This document shows positions 1 to 16,697 of a stretch of DNA of 64,000 bases, one piece after another. The notes below the pieces were generated by a model, which saw nothing but the letters and a program-made list of their open reading frames with translations, did not search any database and had not been told where the DNA came from. This DNA comes from the human T2T-CHM13v2.0 reference genome, Homo sapiens. How positions within the stretch are numbered: the first letter of the stretch is position 1; every line of letters begins with the position of its first letter. Where the stretch lies: the NCBI RefSeq assembly GCF_009914755.1, contig NC_060927.1, one strand, 5' to 3'. The position numbers and the translations under genes are program-made.

Positions 1-516
1 TACTTTTCATTTATGAGAACTTCCGATTTATTGTAATTTTTTTATCGATGCCTTAAAGACTCAGGAAGATAGCTGCATTTACAGAGAGGCAGTTCAACTG
101 TCTAATGGCTACCTCTGGTCTGCTTTGACATCCTAGAACCCCTACAGTATTATTGCCTTTGTAAATGCCCACTGTTACTTAGAAGAAAACAAATTCCAAA
201 GTATAGCCACTTCCTTGCACATGTAGACCTGCCTTAGGCAGGCTGTGAATAATCTTCAGTTTTTTTTGTGCTAGGTGAACGTGGTATCCAGATTAGAGGC
301 TCCAAATGACTCTAGGATTACCCCAACTACCTGCCCTGTAGTTCCAGCAGGATTGTTTGTATGATTTGGTTCAGGGGAGAAAGAGGGATGGGAGACAGAA
401 GAGCAGGAAGGGGATCAGGATAATCTTGCTGCTGTGATCCTTCTTATGTTCTTCAATTCAAAGTACTCAGCATGCCAAGGTGCCACACTTTGGGGTATTG
501 TATTCTGAACTCAATA
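1..516 (-). mobile_element. ERV1-class LTR fragment (MER39/MER34-like)
   Basis: 455-516 (TTCAAAGTACTCAGCATGCCAAGGTGCCACACTTTGGGGTATTGTATTCTGA) is the reverse complement of the typical MER39-group LTR start. The left boundary is uncertain. Confidence 0.55.
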
Positions 517-679
517 GGAGGAGGAAAACTAGGAAATTACAAATTAAACTGCCACCATACTAAGCTATTTAATTCCTGTTCTTCAAATAGCACTTTGAAT
601 TTTTATTGCAGCTATTTCATTGGTCAATATTAAAATTATTTTATGTAAGCTGATAACATTTAAGGGAAGTTGCTCTCAG

Positions 680-1077
680 AGACAAACCCTAAAATCTTGA
701 TGACTTAGTATTATAGGTGTTTATTTCTTGCTCATGTTAAATTCAGTTGACAATGGGAAGCAAGGGGAATGGCCAGGGGAGGGGAGCTTCGCTTCTCATG
801 GTCGTTCTGCCATCTTTAACATGCAGATTCCAAGATCACCCTGGGCCTTAGCATTCAGTAGGCAGATGGAATAAAAGAAATAAACTACATGTTAATGCAG
901 GAGATTTTTATGAGCTATATCTGAAAGTGGCACACCTGGCTTTAACCCACTCCCACTCACCACATTTGGTCCTATGGCCACATGTAACTGAAAATTAGAA
1001 GTTAAAATGGAATCCTCTTCTACGCCTAGGAGGAAAAGGAACCAGATTTGGTGAAGAGATAACCCATCTTGTCCACA
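680..1077 (-). mobile_element. Old MaLR LTR (MLT1J/K/L-like)
   Basis: Diverged MLT1 motifs: TTTATTTCTTGCTCATG, ATGGCCACATGTAACTG, CCTAGGAGGAAAAGGAACCAGATTTGGTGAA...CACA. Confidence 0.5.
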
Positions 1078-2429
1078 ACATATCCATATTTTATGTCAGT
1101 TCACTGGCTCTGTCAAGGCAGGGTGAGAGTTTTACTCACGTTTATCTGCCACTTAGTTTAATATAGAAACTGGAGATAATAGCAGTTCAATGAGTGTGCA
1201 ATTTAATGGGTTTTTTGTTTTGAAATTTAATTGGAATTATTTAAATATTCTCTAATTTTAATCATGGGAAATGCACTTCTAGCAAGGACTTGCAATGGAC
1301 AAGGTTACCCTAACACAAAGAAGAGATGGCAGATGGACAAAGTGGACTAGGTATGGAACAGATTTTTCCTGAGGCTCTATAAACTGTGAAAAAGCCCTGC
1401 TTTATTTTAACTCATCATGTAAAAGGACACATATGTTTAGCTAGGTTAGATCAGACAGAATATGGTCTGTCATCTGCCATGATCCCATGCAGTGTGATGG
1501 AGAATAATCCAAGATGACACTAGTATTGCCACTATATTCATACTTAGAATAAATACTTTGAACAGATAAGGCATTGTGTGTATGAGGAGGGTATGGGGGG
1601 CTGTTCAACATTAAAAAAATTGCTATTAGCATCTCGAAGTATTATATTTTTGTGGTATTGTCATATTATCATCTAAAATGATGTGGCATATAACACAATG
1701 TGTCATTATTTTTAATGATGTGCATAATCTCATTTAGAATAGGCCCAATTTTGGGCAACTTCAGCATGATAATCTCTTACTGAGATACAAATTACCAAGT
1801 GACATGGAATTCTTGAATTTTCAAAAACTAAGAAAACATGTAGTTTAACTCTCTTAATTAGGAGATCAGGAAACATGTTCATAAGTTTAAAGATTTGTAA
1901 AAGAATACATAGCACAGTGGGGACTGGAAGCAAGTTTTCTTCTTATAGAAGCCAATATTCCTGTGGTCTCATTGGTAGGTGAAGGACCACATGATGTGAG
2001 AGTCTCATAAGGTTACAACCAACATGGTTCTCTTGGTGGCCTGTCCTGTGTTCTCAGTTACTCCTGATGCGGAAATCTTTAGGATTTAATCAGAAGAGGC
2101 TAGACAAAAGGGCTCTGGAGTCAATGAGTCCAGATCAAGCGTCCTTGCTCCCCAAATTACTTTATTGTTGAAAATTTATTTTCTGATTTTTTCAAAGTCA
2201 AAAAATAATAAGCAAGAAAAGAGAGATGAGGGAGAGAAATTGAGGAGAAATTAGAAAGATTTAGACTAAACAGCTATCTCTTTAGCAACTTACATATCAC
2301 TGAAACTTGTGTTAAATACTTGTGTTAAATAGGCATGTTAAAGACTAGCCTATTTCTAGAGAGATAGAACTATTATTATTTTTACTTCTTTAAAAATTAG
2401 CTTTGGTTATTTAGAGAAAATCCTACATC

Positions 2430-3612
2430 GAGAACTGGAGTTGGTACAAATCAAAATCACAATGAGATACCATCGCACACCCATTAAGATGGCTACTATA
2501 AAAAAATCAATAAGTAATTTGTTAGCAAGAATGTGGAGAAATTGAAATTGTGACAGTTGTGCACTGTTGGTGGGAATGTAAAACAGGGCAGCCACTATGA
2601 AAAATAAGTATAACAGTTTATCAAAATATTAAAAATAGAGTTACCATATGGTTTTGATTTGTGTCCTTGCCCAAACCTCATGTCAAATGGTAATCCCCAG
2701 TGTTGGTGGAGGGGCCTGATAGGAGGTGATTGGATCATGGAGGTGGATTTCCCCCTTGGGTGCTGTTCTCGTAATAGAGTTCTCATGAGATCTGGTTGTT
2801 CAGTGTGTGGCACCTTCCCACTGTTTCTTTTTCTCTTGCTCTGGCCATGTAAGACATGCCTGATTCCCCTCTGTTCTATGCCGTAATTCAAAGTATTCTG
2901 AGGCCTCCCTAGAAGCCGCTATGCTTCCTGTACCGCCTGCAGAACTGTGAGCCAATTAAACCGTTTTTCCTTATAAATTATCCAGTCTCATGTAGTTCTT
3001 TATAGCAATGCGAGGACAGACTAATACACTATATTATATAGCAATTCCATTTTGGGGTATAATGCCCAAAAGAACTAAAAGCGAGGGTCTCAAAGAGATA
3101 TCTGTACAGCCATGTTCATAGCAGCATTGTTCACAACAGACAAAATGAGAAAGCAACGTAAGTGCCCATTGACAGATAAATGTATAAAAAAGGTGGTATA
3201 TATATTTACACACACAAATACCCTCATGTGCACAATGGAAAATTATCTAGCCTTAAAAGGGAAGGAAATTCTGACACATGTTACTACATCTGTAAGCCTT
3301 GAGGACATTATGCTAAGTGAAATAAGCCAGTCACAAAAAGACAAATTCCGTTATATTCCACTTCTATGAGTTATTTAAAGTAGTCAAATTCATAGGGACA
3401 AGAAGTAGAATGGTAGTTGCCAAGGGATGGGGAAAAGGCATAATGGGGAATTGTTATTTAATGGGTATAAAATTTCAGTTTTGCAAGATGAAAATAGTTC
3501 TGGAGATTGGTTGGACAACAACGTGAATGTACTTAACACTACTGAGCTGTATACTAAAAATTGTTGAGATGGTAATTTTGATATTATGTGTATTTTACCA
3601 CAATTTTTTAAA
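2430..3612 (+). mobile_element. L1MB-type LINE-1 3' end, split by an MST LTR
   Basis: ORF2 C-terminal remnants (CAAATCAAAATCACAATGAGATACCA; MFIAALFT in ORF 3112-3369) and an L1MB-type 3' UTR ending TGTATTTTACCACAATTTTTTAAA. Confidence 0.85.
2647..3028 (+). mobile_element. MaLR solo LTR (MSTA/MSTB-like)
   Basis: Starts TATGGTTTTGATTTGTGTCC, contains GGAGGTGATTGGATCATGG and GAACTGTGAGCCAATTAAACC, ends GACTAATACA. It interrupts contiguous L1 sequence. Confidence 0.9.
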
Positions 3613-4409
3613 GGTTGAAGTTGAAGGTAAGTATGAAGTCTCATGGTTGACTCCCATCCCCTTTTGAAATAGTTCTGAGACTTAGCTCAGAATGACTTTG
3701 TGCCTAAAACACATGAAGGTTTTTAGCATCAGCTAAAACTAAACATCAAGGAAGCAGGCAACTTGTATGAGCTGCTGGTGTTACTACCGCTGTCTGACAC
3801 AATGGGTTTTAGTGTATGTGTGCATGCATACACTAGTCAGTTTGTATTGAGCACCAGTCTTTACATGCATTCGCTCAGACCTCACATTAACCCAATGATT
3901 TGGGCACTGTTATTATGCCAAGCAAACTTTGAAACCTGTGTCTGTCTGATTCCTAAACTCAAGCTTTTAATTACTCACTGTCTTCAGTTCTTCCATGTCA
4001 GAATTCCCAATAGATAGAAGGAGTCACAAACCACAGATAAGCCCCAAATCCTCAACTTGTCAATGTTAGTTATCATTATCCAGCATTCATGACACTTTCC
4101 TCACTTTTTCTTTCCCCATGGCTGTTTCTCCAAAACTGCACTTTTCTCCTGAAGTTTTTCTTCCCATTGTTCATACTTCCTTTCAATCTTGTCAGGATAG
4201 CCACTTCAAGGACCATATAACAGGCATCACCCCAGAGCATGCTCATGTCCCTGCGTCCCTCCTTCACCATTCATCTACATCAGTGCACATCTCTCACTCC
4301 TTTACTTCTCTCTTGAACAAAGCTTGGACAACACCTGTGATCTGAGTTACATTTTGCTTGACTCCTGATGATTTTTGTTCTGTTGATTAAAATAATTATA
4401 GTGCTTTGA

Positions 4410-4695
4410 AAACTGACTTATTGAGGTGTAATCGACATACAATAAATTGGTTATGTTTGAGTTGAATATTTAATTAGATTTAACATATGTATACACCCAT
4501 GACGTCATGACCACATTCAGGACAGTGAGTATATTCATAGCTCCCAAAAGTTTCCTCATGTTTTTAAATAATGCCTCCCTAAAGCTCCTTCTTAACTTCC
4601 CATCTCTGAGCAATCACTGATGTATTTTCTGTCATTATTGATTAGTTTACATTTTCTAATATTGTATATAAATAGTACAGTATGAACTCTTTTAG
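4410..4695 (-). mobile_element. Old L1M (L1MC/MD-like) 3' end fragment
   Basis: CTTTATTGAGGTGTAAT...CCCAAAAGTTTCCTCATG...GCAATCACTGAT, an antisense L1M 3' UTR pattern. Confidence 0.7.
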
Positions 4696-4699
4696 TCAA

Positions 4700-7600
4700 T
4701 GGTAAAGGGAGATGATATTTAATGATAAAAGGATTAATTAATGAAGAAACATAACAGTCTTAAATGTGCATGCATCTAACAACAGAGCTTAAATAATGTA
4801 AAATAGAAACTGATTGACCTGAGAAAAGAAATAGACAAATCCTCAGTCATAACTGAAGATTTCAACATGCTTCTCTCAATAATTGACAAAACTAGACAGA
4901 AAATCAGTCAGAATATGTGAAAACTAAAAAACAAACTTAACCAAATTGATATTTATAGAATATTCTCTCCAAGAAGAGCAAAACATGTTTTTCAAAAGTG
5001 AATATGGAACATTTAAGTTAGGATATATCTTGGGTCATTAAACAAACTTTAACACATTTAAAATAATTGTTGCTTATAGTATTTCCTTGTAAATGACAAC
5101 TCTAAGCCCGTGTTAGTCAACAACCTAGCTCAAGTCCTTGAAACACACAACCTACTCAAAGTCATACATGACAAAATAGATAAACTGAGTAGCGCTATAC
5201 ATTTTAATGTAAATGAGCTCATAGTTCAAAATCTCCTAACAAAGAATACTACAGATCCAGGTGGTTTCACTGGCAATTTCTACCCAATATTTAATAAAGA
5301 AACTTTATCAGTTTTACAAAATTTCTCCTAGGAAATTGAAGAAAACACTTAACTCACTTTAAGAGACTAGAATTACCTTGATAGCAAACCAGAGAAATAA
5401 ATATACAGAAAAAAACTATAGACTAATATTTATTGTAAACACAGATATAAAAGTCTTCAGCAACATATCAAATTGAATCAAGCAATTTATGAAGGGAAAA
5501 TATAGGACAATCAGGTAGGGTTTATTGTGAAAAAGCTTTGTTTAATATTTGACAACTAATATAATAAACTATATAAATTGTCTAAACAATAACTACACAG
5601 TCATATTAATAGATTTAGAAAAGGATTTCAACAAAAGTTACACTCTTAATATGATAAAACCTCTCAACAAACTAAGAGAAGGGGATATCCTTATTCTGAT
5701 AAAGGGCATCTACAAAAAGCTAACATCATATTTCATTACACTTAGCATCATACTTAATGTCTTCTCTCACCACTACTGTTCAACATGCTACTGAAAGTTC
5801 TAGCCAGTGCAATAAGTCAAGAAAAAGAATTAACAATATATTTGCAAGTTAGTAAATAAAACTGTCTTTATTTTCAGCCATGATTTTCTTTGTAACAAAG
5901 ATCAAAGAATCTACAGAAAAGTTTGTAGAACTAATGATTGAATTTAGCAAGGGCACAAGGTACATAATCAGTACACAAAATTCAATCATACTTCTATATA
6001 ATAGCAATGAACATGTGGAAACAAGTTTTTTAAAAAGTATTATTTATAATAGCTTTTCCTACAATTTTAAACTTCACAAAATATGTATGGGATCTATATG
6101 CTGAATAGTACAAAATGCTGAGGGAAAAGATCAAATAAGATGGTAAATCAATAGAAAGATATACAATATACCATGTGTTCATGGATTGTAAAATTTAATA
6201 TACTCCAAATGTTAATCCTCCTGAAATTCATTTATAGATTTAACACGATCCCTTTAAAAATTTCAGCAGGATTTCTTTTGCAGGTATTGACAAAATGATT
6301 CTAACACGTATATGGAATGTAAAAAAGGAATAGCCAAAATGATTTTGTAAGAGAAGAACAAAGTTTGAGGACTCACCTTATCTGATATCAATACTTAATG
6401 CTACTTTAATTAAATCAGTATGTTATTGGTAAAAAGCTAGACATATAGCTCAAGAGAACAGAATATCAAATTTAGATATTGACTGACACATATATGGTTC
6501 ATTGATTTTTGACTAAGATGTAAAAGAAAATCAATGAAGGAAAGATAAAATTGTAACAAATAATGCTGGAACAAGTAGATGTCCTTATACAAATTAATGA
6601 TTCTTAATATATCCCTAATATCTCAGGCAAAAATTAACTCAAAATAGATCCTAGACTGAATGTAAATTCTAAAAGTATAAAACTTTTAGAAAAAAACTCT
6701 TTATGATCTTTGGTTAGGCAAAAAAAAAAAAAAAATAGATCTGATGCAAAAAACCCCTCAATGTATAAAAAAGTAATAAATGGGAACTTGTCAAAATAAA
6801 ATATAGTTGCTCTGTGAAAGAAATTGATAAAGGGATAAAAATACAAGTTATAGGCGTGAAAAGAGAATACTCACAAGTCAGTTTTCTCAAAAAGGACATA
6901 TTATGTAACCAACTCTCAAAACTCCATAATAAGAAAGTATAGAACCTAATGAAAATAACAGGCAATCATTTTTACAGACACTTCCACAAAGAGAATGGGA
7001 AAATGGCTAATAAACACATGAAAATATACTCTTCATTGTTCGTCATTAGAAATTGCAAATTGAAACTATAATGTGATACTGACACATTACTTAATGCAAA
7101 AAAAAAGAAGCAACCAAGTAATCAAATGAAAACTGAAAAAATAGAGAGTTGTTGAAAATTCAGAACAACTGGAACTTTTCTACATTTCAGATGAGAATGC
7201 AAAATGAGAGAGTGACAAAAAATATTTTACAGTTTTTTGAAAGTAAAACATATTTACCATTATAATCCACTAATCCCACTTTTAGGTATTTACCATAAAG
7301 AAATAAATATTTGTGTTTGTGCAAAAACTAGTACATGAGTTCGTATTATATAAACGAATGTTTATAACATTATGTTTCATAATTCCAAAACTGAAAATAA
7401 CCCATATTTCATTCAGCGGGTGAATTCTAAACACTCTGTGATACATCCATACAATGAAAACTGTTCAGCTCTGTCAGGGTAATGTATATCACAACATAAA
7501 TTAAGCTCAAATGTATTGTGCTAACTGAAAGTAGCTGTACTCAAAAAGTTACATGTGGTAGGATTCTATTTATGTGATATCTGGAAGAGACAAAACAGTC

Positions 7601-7817
7601 AGAGAAAACAGTCAGTAATTGCCAGAGATTGGGGTGGAGAGAGGGGTGTGACTTCAACTGAGTATCATGAGGGATTTTTTTTTTGCTTCGAGAGAACTAT
7701 TCTGTATCCTGATTGTTATGGTGGTTACATAACTCTACATATTTACTAAAACTCATAATACTATACAACCACCACAACAAAAAAACTTTCTAGTTTGTAA
7801 TTTTAAATATTAAAAAA
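4700..7817 (+). mobile_element. Degenerate L1M (L1MD/L1ME-like): ORF2 remnant plus 3' UTR
   Basis: Collinear EN-, RT- and C-terminal-like pieces (DPGGFTGNFY in ORF 5110-5331, IDLEKDFNK in ORF 5549-5794), many stops and frameshifts, old-L1 3' UTR at 7500-7817. Confidence 0.85.
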
Positions 7818-8037
7818 GTTTTAAAGAGATCTTGTCAAAAGATCTCTTGAAAAATAATATTGTCTTTTTTTGAAAAAAGAGAGCAAGCCCCCAGTTTGTG
7901 AGATGTTAGAACATTTACAAGGTAAGCTGTATATTATTTCCGGAGTTATGAATGGTTACATTCTAGTTTCCCTTATATGTAGATAAGACCCATCAATGTG
8001 ATTATTAGAAAAAATAGATGCATTTTTGTCAGAGAAG

Positions 8038-8791
8038 TGATATGGACAGGATGCAGGGAAATACTAGATAGAAAAGGGTGGGGTCCCTGGCAAGGGCTCC
8101 ACCCTCAAACCTGGACCCGCAGCCCTAAATGAGAACATGCATTCCTGTTTTCTTTCCTGAATGTTGCCTTTTCCAAAACCACCCTGGCCTGCCACTCCCC
8201 TGACCTTGTACCCATAAAAACCCCAAGCTCCAATGGCAGAGGAGCAGAGTGGAGCAGCAAAGAAGGAGAGAAGAGAAGCAGCAGCCAGACATAGGAGAAA
8301 AGCAGCTTGACTTTAGAGGAATGGCCAAAGTCCAGGGGATGATTGTCTTCCCGCTCCATCCCCCTTCCAGATCCCCTTCCTGCTGAGAGCCACTTCCATC
8401 ACTCAATAAAATCCCCCTCATTCACCATCCTCCAATTTGTTTGCACTACCTCATTCCTTCTGGACACCAGACAAGGACCTGGGTGTGGGTGCAAAAGGCT
8501 GTCACAATGACTCTCCACTGAGGTGTTTAACACTTCAGCCATCCATAGATGGCAAAGCTAAAGGAGTACACTGTAACACACGCCCTCTGGGGCTCCAGGG
8601 TTTGCAGGCAACCCCTAGATGTTACCACAGGTCAGTATAGGGTTTGCACCTGTTGGCACCGAAAGGCACTTGCCCTGGACCCTGCACCTGCTTACCTATA
8701 TGCTCTCCCTCCTGCAAGGTGTTTGAGCACTGCAGGCTGAGTAAGAAAGCCACTCCTCATGTGAAGGGGTCAAGGGAACTATCCTGTCTCA
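8038..8791 (+). mobile_element. ERV1 solo LTR (MER50-like)
   Basis: TG...CA termini, 4-bp TSD GAAG (8034-8037 and 8792-8795), MER50-type start TGATATGGACAGGATGCAGGGAAATACT, TATA-like CATAAAAA at ~8213 and AATAAA at 8405. Confidence 0.88.
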
Positions 8792-10109
8792 GAAGAACCC
8801 CCAGAATGACCATAAACTTCACTTTTAGGCTGCAAGCACAGTTTATCAGGAAGATGATAATCCATACTGACAGATCAATTAAATGATAGAATCATGCCCT
8901 AGGCCCCCAAGAATGCCATAATCAGAGAACATTCAAGGAATATTGGTGGTAACTGGGAGTTTAGGAGCTGCTGGCAGGAGAGTGTTGGGACTATCAATTC
9001 AAGTTTTTCAGACCTGCTGGGGGCTATTAGCTACATCACTGGAGATTGGTGTATTTTTTTTCTGAAGCTATCAGCATATTTAACCCCAAAGCTATATATA
9101 TTATTGCCTTGCTGGATTTCAAGGCCTTTCTCATTAGAGGCATTGAAAATGATTAAAAGTTGTTTACCAGCTCAGGTCCTTTTGCCATAGAATAATTCTT
9201 GGCCTCCCTAATAGTAACTAGGAAGTCCAAGACTATAATTCAGATTAATTGGAATAGTATGGAATGAAAAACCTGAGGGAAGCCTCGTTGCTTGAGGTAT
9301 CAAAGTAAGCTATTATTTCCATCTTACTTTCCCACCCTCCTCTGACTCCTCTCCCTTAAAAGGGCATTGACTACAAACAGAAGTGATAAACCCTCCCTTA
9401 GACTGGCCAGTACAGGGATTATTTCCATGAATCATTACCTGTGACCACCTATTTATTTTTGGTGAGCAGTCCTAACAGAAGTGAAGGCTTGATAAGCTCA
9501 GGCTTGTGCTGCAATAGTGTCTTTGGAATGCTGGCTCTGCTTCGTTCTAAAAGTATGGCAGAGCCTTTGCTGCCACTAAAATTGACCAGACCGGAAATGT
9601 ACTCTTTACTAATAGGGTATTCAGTATGGCTGTCCTTCTCTTTCATTGGCTTCTGGTTTCCATCCATTTTGTGATGGAAATGGGGCAGAACCCCACTATG
9701 TACCTTCTGCCTTCTTCTGATGCCTAGATATCACCAGTTCTAGGCAAGATGATCGCAGAATCATTTTTTGCTCATATACAGCAAGACTTTTTCTACTCTG
9801 TCTAGATACAAGTTGTGTTTTTCAGGAATAATGGTTTATCTGGTTTCCAGTGCAGTTAGCTCACATAAAACTGAGCAGAGGGTTTGGCTGTAGGTAGCGT
9901 GCTGTTTGGGGAACTTGAAGAATCTGTGTAAATATTCTTTTGAGGATGAAGAGAGAGAGAGATGAAATCTGAGTTATAGTACTAAGCTTAACATAGCTCC
10001 ATATGCCATTTCATTGACCTCAGGGTTGCATTGAGAGCATCATCAGGAACTTCTGAGGCCCTTAGTAGAGGGAATTTCAACGTCTCTTATGGAAATACAT
10101 CTGAGAAAG

Positions 10110-11128
10110 CACCAGATCCCCTAAGCAGACTGGTGCATCTGTTCTCCAGCTCTGTGAATGTTGGCTGCTGATGACTTACAGCTGCCCTCCTATGGGAGAA
10201 TTGCCCTTGGCTGATAGGAAACCGGTTTACTATCAGAGGTTATGTGCTGCTGTCCAACTCAGGGGCAACTGGGGCAATGACTAAGTGATATCAGGGAGCA
10301 TAATTCAAGCCCACTTGTCTCAACTGGGACTATCTCTGTGTTGAGATTTATGTTCCAGAGCCCCTGTGGATAAGACTTTACCTGAGACCACAAGTGTGAT
10401 GGTTAATTTTATGTGTCACCTTGACTGGGTTCTAGGATGCTCAGATATTTGGTGAAGCATTATTCTATATGTTTCTGTGAGAGTGTTTCCAGAACAGATT
10501 AATATTTAAGTTTGTAAACTGAGTAAAACTCTATCCAATGTGGATAGATATTATTTAATCTCTTGAGGTCCTAAATAGAAGAAAAAGGCAGAGAAAAGGT
10601 GAACCCACTCTCTCCATATGACTATTGAGCTAAGATACTGATCTCTTCTTACCCTTGGTACTCCTGGTTCTCAGGCCTTTAGGCTCAGATTGGAATCTAT
10701 AACATTGGCTTTCAGCTCTCGGGTCTTAAAATATACTACTGGCTTTCCAGGATCTCCAGTTTGCAGATGGCAGATTATGGGACCCCTCAGCCTCCATGGT
10801 CACAAGAGCCAATAGCGTCTAAAAACGTCTTTATAGAGATATAAACATTTATATTTATCTACAGATAACTTTATATCTTTATATAACTTTAATTCTAATC
10901 TATCTCTCTCTCTGCACATACATACACGCACACACACACACACTCACACACAATTTGTTCTCTTTTTCCATAGAACCCTGACTAATGTAAGTTTAGCCTT
11001 TTCCCCGTACAATTCTTCTTTTCTCTTCTCTTATAGGATTGTCCTGAAGGACACTCCCTCAGTAAATCCTGTGCACCCAAATTGTTATCTCAAGCTCTGC
11101 TTTCTGAGGAGCTTTCCCTAGCCACCAA
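10110..11128 (+). mobile_element. ERVL LTR16A-like LTR split by MLT2
   Basis: GGAGAATTGCCCTTGGCTGATAGGAA in the left part; ACTCCCTCAGTAAATCCTGTGCACCCAAA...CTCAAGCTCTGCTTTCTG in the right part. Confidence 0.65.
10395..10989 (+). mobile_element. ERVL solo LTR (MLT2B-like)
   Basis: Starts TGTGATGGTTAATTTTATGTGTCACCTTGACTGG, has an internal TA/TC/CA microsatellite (10840-10951), ends AGAACCCTGACTAATGTA. Confidence 0.9.
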
Positions 11129-11451
11129 TTCCTTAGAGTTATTGGCAACACCTATCTTACCTGGCTTTGTTTCTCACCTCTTATCTTCTGGCACAGTTTT
11201 GAACATTTCTCAGTCTCTCTCAGTCTTTTTTGAACATTTCTCTGTCTCTCTGTTAGCCTCTCTCTCTCTCTCTCGTTTGCGTAGCAGCTCCTCAATTTTA
11301 TTAAACACATCAACATTTATTCACTATTAAAGGGAAACAAACACTCAGGATGTATAACAATAATAAAAGTGGTTAGATTGTAGATGTTTAAATTTTCTTT
11401 GTGTTTTAGGTATATATGTCCCTGTTTTCTTTGTAATGAAGAGGTATTGTC

Positions 11452-13843
<2,392 letters not shown>

Positions 13844-14785
13844 ATCTCTTTAGTCCTGGAGGTGGTCTTGGAGTTGTGGTGTGTATGGCTGTCTTTAATC
13901 TGAGTCAGATCTAGTCCCTTTAGGAGGCATCAGACTAACTCAAACTCACCCACAATATGATATACAGAGATCACATGGAACTGTTTAGGCAAAAGGTGAG
14001 GGGCAAAAAAAGATAGGAAATGATATACATCTTTGTTCATAAACTAGAGAACAATCAGTGCAACTAGGAGCTATTCTGGAATGTGTCAATTCTGAGAGAA
14101 CAAGAGCCCAAAATGTTTCTAGAGAAATGCTCTTTATAGGAGAGAAAGATGCATAATCTCTTACTGGTAGAATTATATATGATATTCATTTCACATAAGG
14201 CACAGCAATGTAATAATGTCTTAGGTTGTTATTTATTGTGGATCCTTCAAATCTCCACAAATCACTACAGCTCTTTCTAGCTAGACAGATATTCCCTATT
14301 GTATCTTTATTGATCACTCTCCTTCCTCTTTCTTTGCTTCAAAAAAAGATGCTTGGTTTTATCCTTTGTATTTTGGTTATTGCATTTTAATCCATTCCTA
14401 AAATATTATTTGAGTCCTACAATTCCTACCCCCTGCATTTGTCTAGACTTTCCTGAATGTGTTGTATTGGCAAGTATTCAAAAGCTTTTGTGCTAATTAT
14501 AGCTTGACAGTTCATTGGAGAACTTAATTAATAAACCATACACGTGTGTAAGAGACATCAATTAGACCAGAATTCATATACCTATTTTTATGCTACCCTT
14601 CATACTAGAAAGCAGGTGATAGAAAGCCCAGGGTAAAAATGCATCAAGAAAATATGCTATTTCTGGAAGACAGTAAATGTATGGGGTTGGGAGAAGAAGG
14701 CAGAAGTTCAGAGTGACAGGCCAGCAAGCAGGAAATGTGAAGACCTAAACCATTCATTGACCAAGTAAGCAATACCTAAGAATTA

Positions 14786-15170
<385 letters not shown>

Positions 15171-15599
15171 TCAAAGGCATGAAGATCATGGGCTTTTAGG
15201 TATGTTTTTGTGGTTGTCAACTCTTCACAATGATTTTGAAAGAAATATTTTCTTTACACTCCCAAGAAGATTTAGTCTAATCACATCAATTTTTTGAAGA
15301 TCAATAGATATTGAGGTGAGAGTCCAGAGAAACAAACTATAGAATTATTAATCATATGCTCTCATTACACAAGCACAGAGGTGCTTAATTAAATAATGTT
15401 TCTGTGTGGGTGAAGGTGGGTCAGGACCATAGATTTCTTAGACACACTAGCCTTGATAGACTAGTGAGTAAAGAAAGGAGAGCATATATATGGAACAGTA
15501 TCACACACCTCTGGGACCTTCCTGACTCCTATCCTCTCAAAATCACCTCTGATTTCAACTGTTCTCCAGTGGCTAGTTCCTTGTGGGCTTCATGTACTG

Positions 15600-16243
15600 C
15601 ATTTGGATGTTTCACCTTCAGCATATGCCACATGTGTTCCCCTTTATGTCCCAGGTTTCTCTAATATGTTGGACACTGTCAGGAGCTCATTAGTTTAAGT
15701 ACATGTACATTAGTTTAAGTCTGGAAGTGCAGAGAGTGAATGACCCAGGACAGCCCTCAACAAATGTGTAATGGGATGGGAGCTGATGATTTAAAACTTC
15801 TGGTCAGCTCTCTGGTGGAAAATTCTGTGAGGCAAACTATATGTTCCTCAAAGTCTGCAGTAGAGGATCTTGCCCACTACTCTCAGTAAGTGATCAAGAG
15901 TGTAACTTTCTACTGAAGCTTTCTTTCTCCCTCAGTCTCTCAGCTCCTTTACTCCTGCATCCAGGAATAAATATCTGCCCACAAATCCTTGTCACTGACT
16001 GCTTTTCAGGAGTACCCAAATTAAGATAGTTAGTGTCAGGAGTGACTTTAGAAATCAAATGCTTACAATGAAATTGAGCCCAACTGCCCACAGCAGTGGA
16101 CTAAGGAACATGACTTATTGTCTTTTCCTCCTTCCTTCATTCTCTCCTGTTCTCACTCCTCCTCCTTGGATCACCTCCTGAGTCAATGTTGGACACGAGT
16201 TCTTACTCAGGGTCTGCTATTGGTGGAAACCCAAACTTAGGGA
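15600..16243 (+). mobile_element. LTR16-family ERVL remnant: LTR, start of internal region, 3' part of a second LTR
   Basis: Two LTR16-type ends (CCCAAATTAAGATA at 16015-16028; CCCAAACTTAGGGA at ~16230-16243). The first is followed by PBS-like GTTAGTGTCAGGAGTG. Confidence 0.55.
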
Positions 16244-16365
16244 CTGAGCAGGAGTAATAAGAGAAATGGAGCTGGTAGTTTCGCATAAGTCAAAGGATAG
16301 ACAAATTTCAAAAACAGTAATTAGTAACATCAAAAGCTATAGAGAGGTTAAATGAGATGAGAACT

Positions 16366-16697
<332 letters not shown>

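Noticed and set aside
2306-2331. Small tandem duplications (ACTTGTGTTAAAT x2; also ~15688-15720 and 36951-37003)
   Set aside because: Ordinary slippage duplications with no further structure.
4410-7817. Ancient twin-priming inversion (minus-strand 3' end next to plus-strand ORF2)
   Set aside because: The plus-strand piece has its own 3' UTR and tail, and no shared TSD is visible. Two separate elements is the simpler reading.
9441-9674. Overlapping 77-aa and 72-aa ORFs on both strands
   Set aside because: Short, with no recognisable homology or supporting signals.
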